A DNA stretch of 62,107 nucleotides, the filler included, from Sphacelaria rigidula (taxonomy: Eukaryota): assembly GCA_964200075.2 (NCBI GenBank). It is 6 parts of 6 records of this genome, joined end to end, with 100 filler letters (N's around TTAATTAATTAA, not from the genome) between each part and the next. Parts side by side here need not be neighbours in the genome. Positions count along the whole stretch, not along the records: positions 10,371 to 20,638 come from CAXNAA020006822.1; positions 20,739 to 31,006 come from CAXNAA020006823.1; 4 more parts are not named here. One strand, 5' to 3'. Both the position numbers and the translations under genes were made by a program. Of this stretch, positions 12,878 through 25,260 are shown in pieces. The notes beneath the pieces are model-generated. The model searched no databases and was not told where the DNA came from. It worked only from the letters and a program-made list of their open reading frames with translations. Within the stretch, counting starts at the first letter, position 1. Each line of letters opens with the position of its first letter.

Positions 12878-15800
12878 ATGACCCAGATACGTCGCCACGT
12901 TCCCAGTGCAGGTGGCTTCGTGGGTGACCTGGGTAACGTGTCCCGATCTTCATCGACCAAGTACACCCCACTCCCCCCCCCCCACCAACCCCCAACGTGA
13001 CACAACCCACTACGCTGCTGCCTGCGACCTGCATACTAATACACTCAAGCAGCAGGCTACCATTGTTTCAGGCGAATGTATTCCCCTGATTTCAGAAGCC
13101 AACCGTCAGGTGCAGTAGCGCCAGTACAGCGGAACATGAAAAGCCTCCTCACAAGCCACTACGTTGGTACGTTTCCGATAAAGTTATCTCAAATCACCGT
13201 GACGTCCCTCACGCGCGAGCTGAACCCTCGTGGAGTGGAGAAGGTCATCACTTCGTTGAAGTCAAAGGGGTGGCTCCCTCACAATCCGCCAGCCATCGTG
13301 ATGCCGCACAAAGGAGTCCCAGAGAATGGAGGAGTAACGCCGGAGTTTCTCGCGACGTGTGCTTTCCGCGTCTTGGACGGAAAGCATCGGATATCTGCCG
13401 CAAGATTGATTTCGAGCAAGATCACTGCGTGCCCTGTCGAGTGTACCACGAATTTGGGCCAGAGGTCATGCGCATCCTCGGCGACGGTGAGTCGTGATAT
13501 TGATCGATGGTATTTTCTGTGGCCACGTGCCCCCGCAATCGTTTCGAGAGCACCGAACTATCTGATGCCAAAACAAATGTCGCACGGCCTAGTGTTTGAA
13601 AATTGCCGACACAATGGTTGGGTCATCCGCCTCAAGTATGTACAAAAAAACGGTTGTTGTGGCTGCACACTAGTTTAGCGCTAGGAATTGAGGCTCGGCC
13701 TCTCCCACGGCTCGTCCGCGGGTCTATGATTCAAGCGACGGTTCGCGTGTGCCTGATGTGTAGACGTTGGATCTTTGACTACTTTTCCTCGTGTTTTTCG
13801 GGTACTGTTTTCATGCTTTTCGCCTCTACTTTTTTTCGTTTTCGGCACATTTTTGCTATTTTTTTGCGCATTTTTTTTGGGGGGGTGCCTTATTTCTTTT
13901 TCAGCCCCTAAAAAGAGGAAATCGGCACCTCAAGTGTTTTTAGGCGCCTTTTCTCTTTTTCGGGCTCTAAAAAGACAGTATGGCCCTTCACTTCGCATAC
14001 ACGAGTGTGCTGGCGTGTATATTTTTGCTTCAGCGCCTGGGTGTTTCCGGTTGCCGTTTGCATACATATATTTGGTAGCGAGAATTCGCACGTCTCAGGG
14101 CGTGTCTTCGCACTTTTTTCTCGAGCGAACAAAAAGAGCGGTGGGATTGAGTCAAGTGAATAGTTTTCGTTTTGATGCAGTTGGGCCCGGATGGATTTTC
14201 AAGCTTCCGATCCAAAAAAGACAGTGAATTCGTGAAATGGTACATGGTCTGTGCCGTTTGCACTGCTTGCAAGTACGATGTCTCGAGTTCTTGTGTGCGT
14301 GCTTCTCGCAGGAGAAGATAAAGGGAAAGTGGACAATGTGCAGTTCAGACAGCCCAAGGCTGTCGATTCTCTCTGCTTACAACTACTGTAGTGTATCTAT
14401 CCCTGTGCTCAACTCGTGCTCTATGCTACATGGTTGCGGTGGTGGCTGTGAATGAGTTGGATGGGCTTTGCATGGTCCTGTAAACGGGTGATATTTGGCG
14501 TGGTGGTCCATAAAACAAGGGTCAAGAGCCGCTTCGTGCCTTCCGACTTCATGGTTTCGATCGAAAAAATATGTTCTTTCACTCCTTACATTCTTCTCCG
14601 CGCGCCGCTGATTATAATTCTGAGTTGAAGCCTTTGAGACACGTAAGGGCAGCGGACCTATCAGATGGGCAGAAAAAACTTCGATCGCACTTTTTCGATC
14701 GAAAAAAAAGGTGCTAAGACACGCCCTCACACACCCAATGTCGTCCTTGCGGGAAGTAGCTGCGAGACTTGCGACACATCTGGGACGTTTACCCGAAAGT
14801 CCCCAAATTTTCATATTTGTTCTGCGATGATGTGTGACGGCCGTTTTTCTCCGACAAAATGCAGAAATCTGTTCCGTTTCTCACTTCTTTTGTACGTCCC
14901 GGTGAGGTGGGCCAACCTCGCAATTTTGTGCATGACAAGGCTGTGATCGGTCCACACATGTTGCCATTCATAACCTTCACCCTTATCTCCGAGCCCTGTG
15001 TGAAAAATTGGCGGCGGGGGGGGGGGGGGGGGGGGGGGTAGTGGCCGATCGTCATCGACGGGACGTGTTTAGGCGCATTTTTTTCAGACCTTTCGTTCAA
15101 TTCTCAGATTCCAAACGAAAATAGAACATAGCAGATTCCAACGCCACAGTTCTGGGGTAACATGCAGTCGGACTTACATCGTGCGGTCTGTCGACATGAT
15201 CGACAGCTCGGCTGTCGCCGCTTATCATGCCGATTCTCGCCGCAGGCAATAACAACCTGACACGAACTGTCTGTGTGGTCCAGATGCGTCGGGTTACGGC
15301 CCAAACGCAGACACCTTCGAATGTCGTGCTTCAGCCGTGAAGATAATTGCAGGACACCTGCGCGTTTTTCTGGTGGCCGTTTTTCATTTTGGCCGAACGA
15401 ACGACCTCGTCCGCGATTGTTGACACCTGCGATTGTGTTGCTGCACTCGTTGAGACGATTCAATAACACCTTTGCGTTTTCCGGTGGCCGCCGGTGAATT
15501 CTGCAATAATTGCGTTTTTGTCCGAGAACGGTCTGTTGGATGAAACACGGGGCCTGTTGTTTCCCGGCTGACCGTGCTCGGACAAACATGCGAGCCTCGC
15601 AAATGTTTTACCTCTGTCCGCCTTCAAACGCAAAGTGTCTTGGGATCGTCCGAGCGAATAGATAAAGACATATGAAGGACCAAAGGGACGACTTAATAGA
15701 TTTATATTGTTGCTGACCAGCATCAGCTGTGTCAGAGAGGAAATGTTTTCGAAAAAGAAGTCCGGAACATCGGAGAATAATAACCGCGTCAACCGTTGCT

Positions 15801-18800
15801 GCTGCATGTATGCCTTCGAACAGCTTTAAACGATGTCGGCGAAACTCTGTCACCCCGCAACACGTACGACAAGCTTTCCATGTTCGTTGGGATCATAACA
15901 TCGGTCCAGGAGAGGATGGGGAGCGATGCCGTCACGGGGGAACAAATAGCGAAGGAGTTCAAGGAACGTGAGTAATGGAATGTGAAACACGGGGTACTAC
16001 AAAACCGGGTCTTCATTACGCGGGGACGATGGTGGGCATTGGGTGAAGTTTAAAGTCGTATTGTACCACACGTGCGCTGCGGTTCATGTACGTTACATCT
16101 CGGAACCGAGTCAAGTCCGCTTGTATTGTGGTAAACTAGTTGCCGGACGGTCTACGACGCGTGCACTGCGTCTCCCACCCACTCGTACGCCGCAAAACAA
16201 TCCAGTGTGCAGCGAACACGACATTCACCGCATCTGATGCATGTTTTTCTGCACGGTCCGATGGTGCCCCCTCGGTACCGAAAACAGCTGGGTTTGAGTT
16301 CTCTGTCGCTGGTGACGATGCGGCACTGGCGGAAGGCCTGCTTCTCCACTACACCGGAAGCAATGAAGGCCATTGCCTGGGCGTTCCAGACGTCGGACCC
16401 CGGTATCGACGCAAAATGTGTTTCGCTGACGTACCTGAAGAGCAAGGCTTACAGCGATCTACACGCCAAACCCGCAGCGCAATCGATCGCCGTCAATATG
16501 CTTGTAAGGTATGCACCACCGGCACATCCAGTCGCTTGTTGTGGTAATCTAGAGTTATCTTCCATTAATTCGCCGCACCGAAGGATGACGAGAGTGTGTC
16601 ATGTGGTATGTCCTGGTTGACAGACCGTCATAACCAATTTATCCAAGGTACAACCACAAATACCCCCCACCTCCGCGCGAAGCAGTCCACTTTCAAAATT
16701 GAGGATAGAGTTTTGGTAGAGGACGAACCTCGGGAACCTTCATCAAGATCGAAAAGGTTTCGAAATCAAAATACAAAAGCATTCTCCGGTTGGGATGTGT
16801 GACCTCAGTCGTTGTAGCAAAACAATATATAGCATGAACAGTGTTTTGCTCCAGAATCGCTGGAGGACGATAGCGACCCGTATAAACGCCGGCGGTCACG
16901 AATTGCAGATGTGAAAATTAGTTATTAATTAATCAAAGATTGTTTGAGGATGGTTGGTTTGGATGGTTGGTTGGATGGTTGGTTGAATTTTGAATATAAT
17001 TAAAACTGTATATAAAAATATATTATTAATTAATTTAATATTGTTTGAGGATGGTTGGTTGGATGGATGGTTGAATTATGAATATAATTGAAACTGTATA
17101 TAAAAGTTCATTTATTAATTAATTAAATATTGTTTGAGGATGGATGGTTGGGATGTATGGTTGAGTTTTATTTTTTGGAGAAAGGAAAGACAATATCGAC
17201 CCGTATGAACGCCGGGGGTCGCGAATTGCAGATGGTTGCATTCGAGGATGAGCGAGGCCACACATGACAGGCGGAGAGTGCAGATGTGTGTTTATTTCGA
17301 ATATATCGCGATGCTCATGAAAGATCCCAAGGGCGGTACCCAGATGACATTCATCCTCGATTTTCGACCGTGCCACGCCAGACATTCGAGGGCGAACAAG
17401 ATGACACCCACACCGAAAGATTGGGATCGGATCACCAAAAATGCCCGCATCGCGCACGACCTGGTGGAGAGAATCGAGAGCGTGGTCCCTCGTCTTGCTT
17501 GGACGGACAGGTTTAAGGAGTGAGTGCCGTTAATCTGTAGCTTGGTCACCGCTCGAGATAAGACGCTCTGTCCATATCGATACCACGTTAAAATGCGCCG
17601 CCGTGTATGTGACTATCTCTGCACACTAGTCGACCTGTCACGGACTGTGGTGCGACGTCTGATGTTTTCGATTCCAATTTCTGCGAACAGCGGCGTGCAC
17701 AGAATGATAAACGGTACGTACGGGTTGGAAGATTTCCAGCTGTTCGTGGGGGACTACATATCGTCCGTAGACAAGACGATATCAGAGACAAGAGAAGCCT
17801 GCCGGCCGAAGAACAGGAAGGCGAAGCCATGAAGGAATTCGAGGCGGTCTACAATGGAAGACTTCCACGGACCTTGGAGCTGGTGCGTTGCTCCCGTCGG
17901 TATTTGACTTTATCCTAAGAAGGTGGAGACATATATTCGCTGCCGCGAGCTGATCGGTGATCGGCCTCGCTGCTCAGGCACGGAAGTCAACTGTATCTTT
18001 CTCGGCAATACTGGTCAAGGAGAGTAAACCACCACCACCGCCCACGTACATTTGCACTCCAGAGACGAAGCAGAGACGTGCTGCCGGTCGTCCCTTCTGT
18101 TGTATCTTAGTTCATACTTGTCATACCAAAGATACTGCCGTCACCCCCGATCGCAGATGACACAAAGAGGGAACCTCAAGTCCTTCAGCGAAACGTGGAG
18201 AAAAAAATGGAAGGCGATAAACGACAAGACAGCGCGTTTAAAACTCGTGGGTAGCGGCGGTGAGGGAAATGTGGACGACGCATCCGTTGGGGAGGCCGAC
18301 GGCGAGGGTGAGGAGGGCAGGGACCGTCCAGCAGCGGGTAGTCGCGAGGGCAAAGTGTGCGAGTCGTGCAAACCCACCCTACACGTCAGGTGAGAGTGAA
18401 AATAGCGCACATGGAGTATCTAGTCGGAGGGCGGGCACCGAGGTACACACCCATCGATGAAGGCATTGCTCGCGAGACTGTCGATCGATTCGCCGCCGAC
18501 ATATATTCCTCTGTCCTCATTCCCGCAGGTACCGATGCACGCACTGCGGGGTTGCACACTATACGTTCTGCGACCTGCTCGCCCCTATCTCAGAAGATGC
18601 GACTCTGACCGAGCGAAAAAAGCACCTTTGCATATGGTGCGAGGGCGACCCAGAGCGCCGGAAGAGGAAAGAATCTCAGGCACCAGCCGGAGACGGCGTC
18701 ACATCAAATAGCGGGAAGAAAGCGAGGAAGGCAAGCGTTCCCCGACCGCCCGCCGGCGCCACCATGGAAGAGCAAAGGTGCGATGATCCCAGATCCAGTC

Positions 18801-20005
18801 GAGCGTTTCCTCGTGTAAAACCAGTCGCCGGTGCATTTCATCTTTTCGCCACGTGTCTCTCAGTGTGTGTAGTTGGTCACATAACCCTTGCCCCCCCCGC
18901 GGATACACCAACGCGAGAAACGACCGGTCGGTTGGCAACTATGGCTGTGTCGCGCTTATACTCTCGGAGTACACCGTGAGAGTGTTACTACGTCAGGGTG
19001 GGGGAGGGGAGGGGTGCGGCGGCGTAAGGCAGTACCGTAGGTCTTAATCAGACCCCAGCACTCGATACATATTTTCATCTTCTATACTGTGTTTGTCTCC
19101 ACGCTCATAATACTTGCGGTTTGTTTGTGCCGCGATTCTTCGAATTTGACAATGTGCCGATGTAGCCCCCCCTCCCTCCCCCCCCCCCAGGAGTTGCGCC
19201 CGTAACAAACCACAGCGCAGGTGAAGGCAATGAGATCGTACATTAAAGGGAGTCGGTGATAACTGCAGGCTAATAAAAGTGAAAGCGGAAATACGTAATG
19301 ATGACCCGTCGGGTAGGGTGCGTGTTTCGACGGTGCTTTGGTTGTCTGCCTCAGGGTCACACTTCACCCGTGTATTTCCGTCGGATATCGATATGTACCG
19401 TGTGGAATGGCCTCTGTTTTTTCGCGCAGGCGCAAGAATTTTACCACGCACGCGGTAAACCTGCTTCGCAGAGGGCGTGAGCTCATCGATGGAGGCGACC
19501 CCCTGTCTGTGGCACGCCAGCCAAAGCTCATCCTCGTCTCCTTGGATGCCGAGAAAAGCATCCTGTCCCTAACAGACGACCACGTCAAGAGGTTCTTCAA
19601 GCGGTTCGTGGGCAAACTGCTGAGCGCCTTGCATCCTTTAGGGACGATCGCATTTGCCTTGCCGCGGCCGTGGTTCCCGCATGAAAATCGAATCAGAGGT
19701 ACCACCCCACACGCAATACATAGAGGGGGGGGGATTCGGGATTTAAATGAAGGTGGTATGGCATTGTTTGGCACCTAGAAATGTAGCGAGATAACGATCG
19801 CTATACTCGGAGATAGATGGTCGCCACAGAAGGTGAAGCAAGAAGGGGATAAGGTCTGTAAAACATTTCGTGTCATATATGGAAGAAGCGTCATGAGTGC
19901 CGAAATGTTCGAGGTATTTATTCATCAGGTGTAGGAACGGAGCTCCGGCTGAGTGTCGCGCGGTCAATGGTCAAACGGCGAAGGCGAGCAAAAAAAGACT
20001 ATGCG

Positions 20006-20058
<53 letters not shown>

Positions 20059-20478
20059 CCCCCCGCCCGACCGCCCACCCCGGCCCGGCCCTCGCTGTCG
20101 CCGACCCGCCTGCACCACGTGACAGACGCCATCACTCAAGACCACACCATGGCGCTTAAAGAAGACCCTGTCCTCATCGAATATCCAAGCAAACACGGGG
20201 GCTCTCGGAAGAGAGAAGAGAAATTCTATTTTTAACCGCATCACGAAGCCATCATGGTGGCCCGCAAACGGTCAGAGCAAGAGGGGAAATGTTTCACGGT
20301 GAACCAGAGGGTCACATTCAAAGAACCCTACGGCAGCACAATCAGGGGGAAAATGCCAGACTGCTGGCAGAAGATCGGCGGCGGGCACACCGAGATGTTG
20401 ACGTACAAGCAAGGAGCTCCGGCCGGCGGCCCCGAAAATTCTTTACCCCCGGGATTGTTGCGCGCCTTCGTTTGGAGG
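12878..20478 (+). pseudogene. Multi-exon ParB/Srx-like + HTH + PHD finger + beta-class N6/N4 DNA methyltransferase-like gene (3' end off the contig)
   Basis: Hand-spliced GT-AG exons: 12878-12932 (tentative), 13110-13486, 15824-15967, 16288-16508, 17232-17519, 17691-17882, 18157-18389, 18529-18777, 19430-19698, 20126-20477. All junctions are phase-consistent except 15967/16288, which is off by one. Motifs: RVLDGKHRISAARL..VPCRVY..ALND (ParB); TGEQIAKEF..LGLS (HTH); CESC..CTHCGVAHYTFC..CIWC (PHD); IDGGDPL..LILVS..LHPLGTIAF..LIEYPSK..HHEAIMVARK..DCW..LPPGLLRAFVWR (MTase). Lesions: frameshifts at ~13411 and ~17800, TAA at 20233-20235. Confidence 0.75.
16874..17234. repeat. Intronic AT-rich insertion bounded by 38-bp imperfect direct repeats, containing ~90-110 bp tandem units with (TGGA/TGGT)n
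   Basis: cgacccgtat(a/g)aacgccgg(c/g)ggtc(a/g)cgaattgcagatg occurs at 16874-16911 and 17197-17234. Confidence 0.7.
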
Positions 20479-23400
20479 TGATGGCGTGTCCGGTGGTTAA
20501 TGGAAGGTATTACTCCACCCTTCATGATGTTGTATGTTCCATCACTACACTGCTGGGTCTTGTTTTTTCTCCGTTATACGAGCGGAAGGCAACTCGTCAC
20601 GCGACAAGCGGGTTGTTGTATGTACTGTTATATCAGGGNNNNNNNNNNNNNNNNNNNNNNNNNNNNNNNNNNNNNNNNNNNNTTAATTAATTAANNNNNN
20701 NNNNNNNNNNNNNNNNNNNNNNNNNNNNNNNNNNNNNNATTGTCCACCCCTTCCCTTCACTAGGCGCATTTTGCACCCAATGTCGGAAATTCTGGAAATG
20801 GCTGACCAGGGGGGCGTACTCATTTGTTGCTTGCCTCAGTCGTTTGACCATTGACCACGCATCCCTTTCGAGACGGAGCATATATAGAGGGGGGCGGATT
20901 GACTTGCGCGAGGCTTGGTGACAAATGAGAGGAAAAGGTGGCATTGTGGCTGGAGGAGTGTAAGAGTTGAGTAAGGTATGAACAACAGTAGAAGCAGCGA
21001 CAACGGCAATCGGGTGGGCTTCTGTGGGTCTTTGTTCGGGTTTACCGCGAAGGCGGCAGAAAATGGGTGGAGCGCCGGGCTTGCGAGGAGTCACAGCGTT
21101 GTGATCATACTTGCAGGACTGTACCACACGCGGTGGGACGGGACGCTGTGCGGTCAAGTGCCATGTCTTCGGGAAGTTGGGGTTGCTTTCAAAAGCTGGC
21201 CCATGTCTTCTTCGGGAGCGACGTTCGATCCATGTTTTGAGGTGATGTGTTCCGGGTGACGGGCTTGTTGGCAAATACGTTTACTGAAGTTGTGTCTGAA
21301 ATGGCTATGGGAGCTGGCCCATATCTGAGTTGAGAGTCTTGAATGACCTTTTGAGGCGCAAGTTACCTCGGATGAGGAGAGGAAAGGAGCTATGGACACA
21401 CCGTTGCAAGAGTATTGGGACTTGGCCTGGGGCGCACGGGAGCACATGATGTTTTATCTAGTGAGAGCCGCAATGAAGCCATCGCAATGTGTCAAAGATG
21501 GGGCGTTTCTGAAGTCCGTGGTATACGATATGGTATTGCTCTCATAGGTTCACATTCCAAACCTTAAGGGGTTCACCAACGATAGCCAGACGAAAGACCA
21601 TTGAGAATGCCCCTGAGACATGTTCAGCGAAGATACATGATACTCTCGAGAGTGAGGTGCGATGCCGTCCGTCGAGGCTTGGCCAAGTAGGAACTCACGC
21701 TCGAGTTGGAGGATAGTAAAGTGTAAAACACTGTCACTCGAGGGAAGGTCGGGCAAAGTAGTGCTCGTGTAAATTTAGGCTACGATGTAAATTTCAAAAG
21801 GCTTGGTTTAATCGATCAAACATCCACTCTCGAGTTTAGGGTGTAATGGAATACTGGCAAGATGTCATCATTTCGAACTGACAAAGTTTGAAATGTATGC
21901 CGTTAGAGTGTAGACTGCGCCGTGCGTGTGTTGGAAAGTATGAAACCCTCGGCAAAACGAGGCCCACATTCGAGCTAGAACCTAGCTAAGTGTGATACTG
22001 CACTGTCACTTTCGACGGCTGGTCAAGCAAAGACCAGGGCGTTTGCGTCGAGCGTGAAGTCTTAAAATCATTTTTCGTTCTCAGGCATCAGGTGTGGTCA
22101 TTTTGCATTATTGATTGGCACTGATAGTTGATATATCCGATGTAACTACTAGAACAAATAGTGTTCTCTGGCCTTGCCGGAGATGATAAGGCGAATGCGT
22201 ATAAGCTGAAATCGATGGTTCGACGAGTTGTCTATGCATAGTTTGTTAACTCGTGATATGTGGCAATAAGATTCTGTTAGGACAGGATAATCGTCATGCC
22301 CTTGTCATGATTACAATTGTACATGCTTTACAGCTCGCTGGAAAACCAATCGTGTTTGGTATTCCATGTTCTACCTTCCCCCCCTGAAACGGCAGCGCAG
22401 GGAGACTGAATCTGCGTTCAGATAAATGAATTTGTATATCAGGTATATACACATAATGTTCTTCCGGAGCACGCAGGAGACTGTCGCTTGTTGTCATCCG
22501 AGTCGACTCGAAAATTCCTCCAAGTGCTCCCGTGCCATTTATGTATTTGCTCATATTGTTTGCATGAAATGGAAAAGAGAAACTGGCCGGCGTCCGCGAC
22601 TTTCGACGGTGGGAAGAGCTAGAATCATGCAAATTCCGTGCGATTTTCACGGCTTCCGACAAACCGCAGCGCTTCTAATCTTTTCTTTGTTTTCAGCTGT
22701 ATTCTGCTGCATTAGAAACAACGTATCCCTCCTTAAAGTGTGTGCGCCATATAAACAACCAACACATACCCAACCGTGACGTCAAATCTCAAAATAAAGA
22801 GGTGGTGGAGTAGGTGTTGACGTGGTGAAATTATGTGGTGATGTGACGTTGGAAATATAACATCATTCAGAATATGCGCTGGTTATACCAGCTGCGCTGG
22901 TTGTATCAGCTGTTCGGAGTAATATGTACACGTATAACACGGGACAATGCACCCAATTGATGGCCAAATTGTCATTCCTTCGTGCCTCCTGTGTTGTATT
23001 CACACCACGGTCACCTTGGGTTTCAAGAAAACAACCCTTTATCCACCCTTTCTCACCCTCTCGACTCTCGAAGCGAGCAAGAAAAGGGCGGAGCAACAGG
23101 TGAACAAGAGTAATGGATGGAATATACCCCTGCTGCTGTATGAATCTATTCCCTAGGTGGTTGTGTCACAATCGACTGGAGGTAGCGTTTCCTCCCAGCG
23201 TGTGCATCGATGGGGAGAGGATACCAATGAGGAACCCCAATGAGAGCGAGACGGTGGTCATGGCTGACGATAAGCCGGTGTACGAGCTCTCACGATGCCA
23301 CCTGATAGAGTCGCTGAAGGAGAAGGTGGGCACTGTAGCAGTATCTCCACTGACCATGGGCAGCATAGAACAGCTTGTTTTCGTTTTTGAGGTTCAACAT

Positions 23401-23675
23401 CTCATTGAGGTTCAACGGATCATCGAAATTTCATTTACTTTGTTCAAAAGGCTCGGGATTCGCAACTGCTTTCGACCATGTGCCCCTAACGCAGAAGTTT
23501 CTGCACGGCAGCGAAAGCATGATGGTGAGCAGTCTTACGGAAAAGCCACCGTCATTTATTGTGCCGCATCGTTTGAGCAAGCCCTGCGTCTAAGCGCTAC
23601 GGAACACGTAACGAAGCATGCTGAAAACATACTTATTTGGAGCAGTCATCGGATTTTCCAGCGCCTCTTGTTGAG

Positions 23676-25260
23676 TATCTGAGAGAGACTTCATACTGTT
23701 GCGTCGGCGACGACCGCCGTCAGCGAAACGATCCAATGCGGCGGCAGACGACAACGATTTTTGAAACGCAGCATCATTGAGCAGTCTGCTGAGATATACC
23801 ATCATCACCAGAGTACAGCATCCCTACAATACAGGGGTCAGTTGGATCAAATGGGTGTCCCGCAATAAAGCTGCAGACACACACAACAGGGGTAAGGGTA
23901 AGCCGCACACTTGGGGTTGCTTTGCCAGTAGTGCGCATGCGAGGCGCTTCATCCAGTCTGAACCAGCTATCACGCCTTGTATGGCCACCTCCGCCGTGGC
24001 TGTGTTGAGAACCGGTTCCGCGGTGAGCTTTTGAACAATACTTAGTCTACTGTAGTGCAACGCGCTTGAAAGTCCGAGCCATTTCTATATAATTTGGAAT
24101 ATACGGCAGCTGTAGTTTCAATATCTCTCCTGACGGTCCCAAACGGGATCTGATGCAGCGACGGAAAGCGCTGGCACCCTCCCCCTCAGATGGGATTTGT
24201 GACAACGGTGGGGGTATTCGGTGAACATCGCTCGGAATCCAACATAAAGAATAGTTCCGGGGGTATCGTAGTACATCTTTCCCTGTTGAGAATCGAAATT
24301 CCCCTGGTTGAACACTTTATACCTGTTACGATGAACGACAACTTTCAACGAAAACAACCCGTTATTTCCGGATCTCCCCTAGGGTGTCGAGTGATGCTAC
24401 GGTAGGGGTGCACAAATATTTTCTGAGGTTAGAATTGTTAGGAGCCCTTTATCTCATGCAAAACACGACCTATGAAAATATGTGAAAGTATGGCAGGATT
24501 ACTTTTCCAATGTGCGGGAGGTTTCCCGCATAAGTTTTTAAACGGGGATATCCTAATCCATATTTGTGTGCATCTAGAATCGTTAGGAGCCTCTGAACTA
24601 GACATAATTTCGCGAAAAAAGTGCACCCCTACCGTAGCATTGCTCCGTCTCTCTGTTGTCAGCGAGCTCCCTCACTTTACAGAGTGCACACTCCTCTGTA
24701 CAAAGTCTTACATGATTTCTCCGCAGCTGTCCACAGCTGACAAACCTATTCCAGGAACCAGCGGGTTTCTTTAAATAAACGATTATTAGAGAGCTGTCCT
24801 GGACTCAGGATAAGGTCACAAGCTTGTTCCGCGTTTTTCAAGCTTGCTAATGATCAAACGATACCAAAGCGCACCCTGGCACTACCTCAGAACCTTCTCG
24901 GCTCTACTCTTGCGATCCTCCTGCGCGCTGCCATCCTTCCAAAGGGCTTCTGTACTTCAGTTGCCTGGCTTCTGTACTTCAGTTGCCTTGGCTTATATGA
25001 CCAGCGTCTCTCTTTCCCCCGCTTCCTCCACTCCTTGTTCTTCAACGTGAGCGTCCCCCGTTTCACAGACTATGGGGTGCGGCTTCAAAAACCTAATCCA
25101 GAAACGACAAGTTTCCTGAATGAGCGTTTATTGTGAATCTGCCTGGAATCAGAACAAGGTTACAGTGCTGCTCCAGAGACTTACTTCCTCCCTGTCACGG
25201 GCTTCAGAGGTTTCAAGACTCAAGCAGTCTTACAAACAGCAGTCTTTCGTGAACCAGAAG
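23676..25260. repeat. Modular dispersed repeat shared with contig 6
   Basis: 23676-24200 is an inverted homolog of ~54000-54510. 24405-24645 is a direct homolog of 54566-54775. 24930-25260 is an inverted homolog of 55095-55405. Further partial copies at 26715-26950 and 27590-27700. Confidence 0.75.

Noticed and set aside
13487-13678. C-terminal part of the 200-aa ORF 13076-13678 as real protein
   Set aside because: ParB similarity shifts frame at ~13411 and the exon ends at the GTGAGT donor at 13487. The rest is intron read-through.
10371-20638. Endogenous giant virus or bacterial contamination as the source of the ParB/MTase gene
   Set aside because: The gene has many spliceosomal introns with host-type repeats inside them, and no viral hallmark genes or operon-like density are seen.
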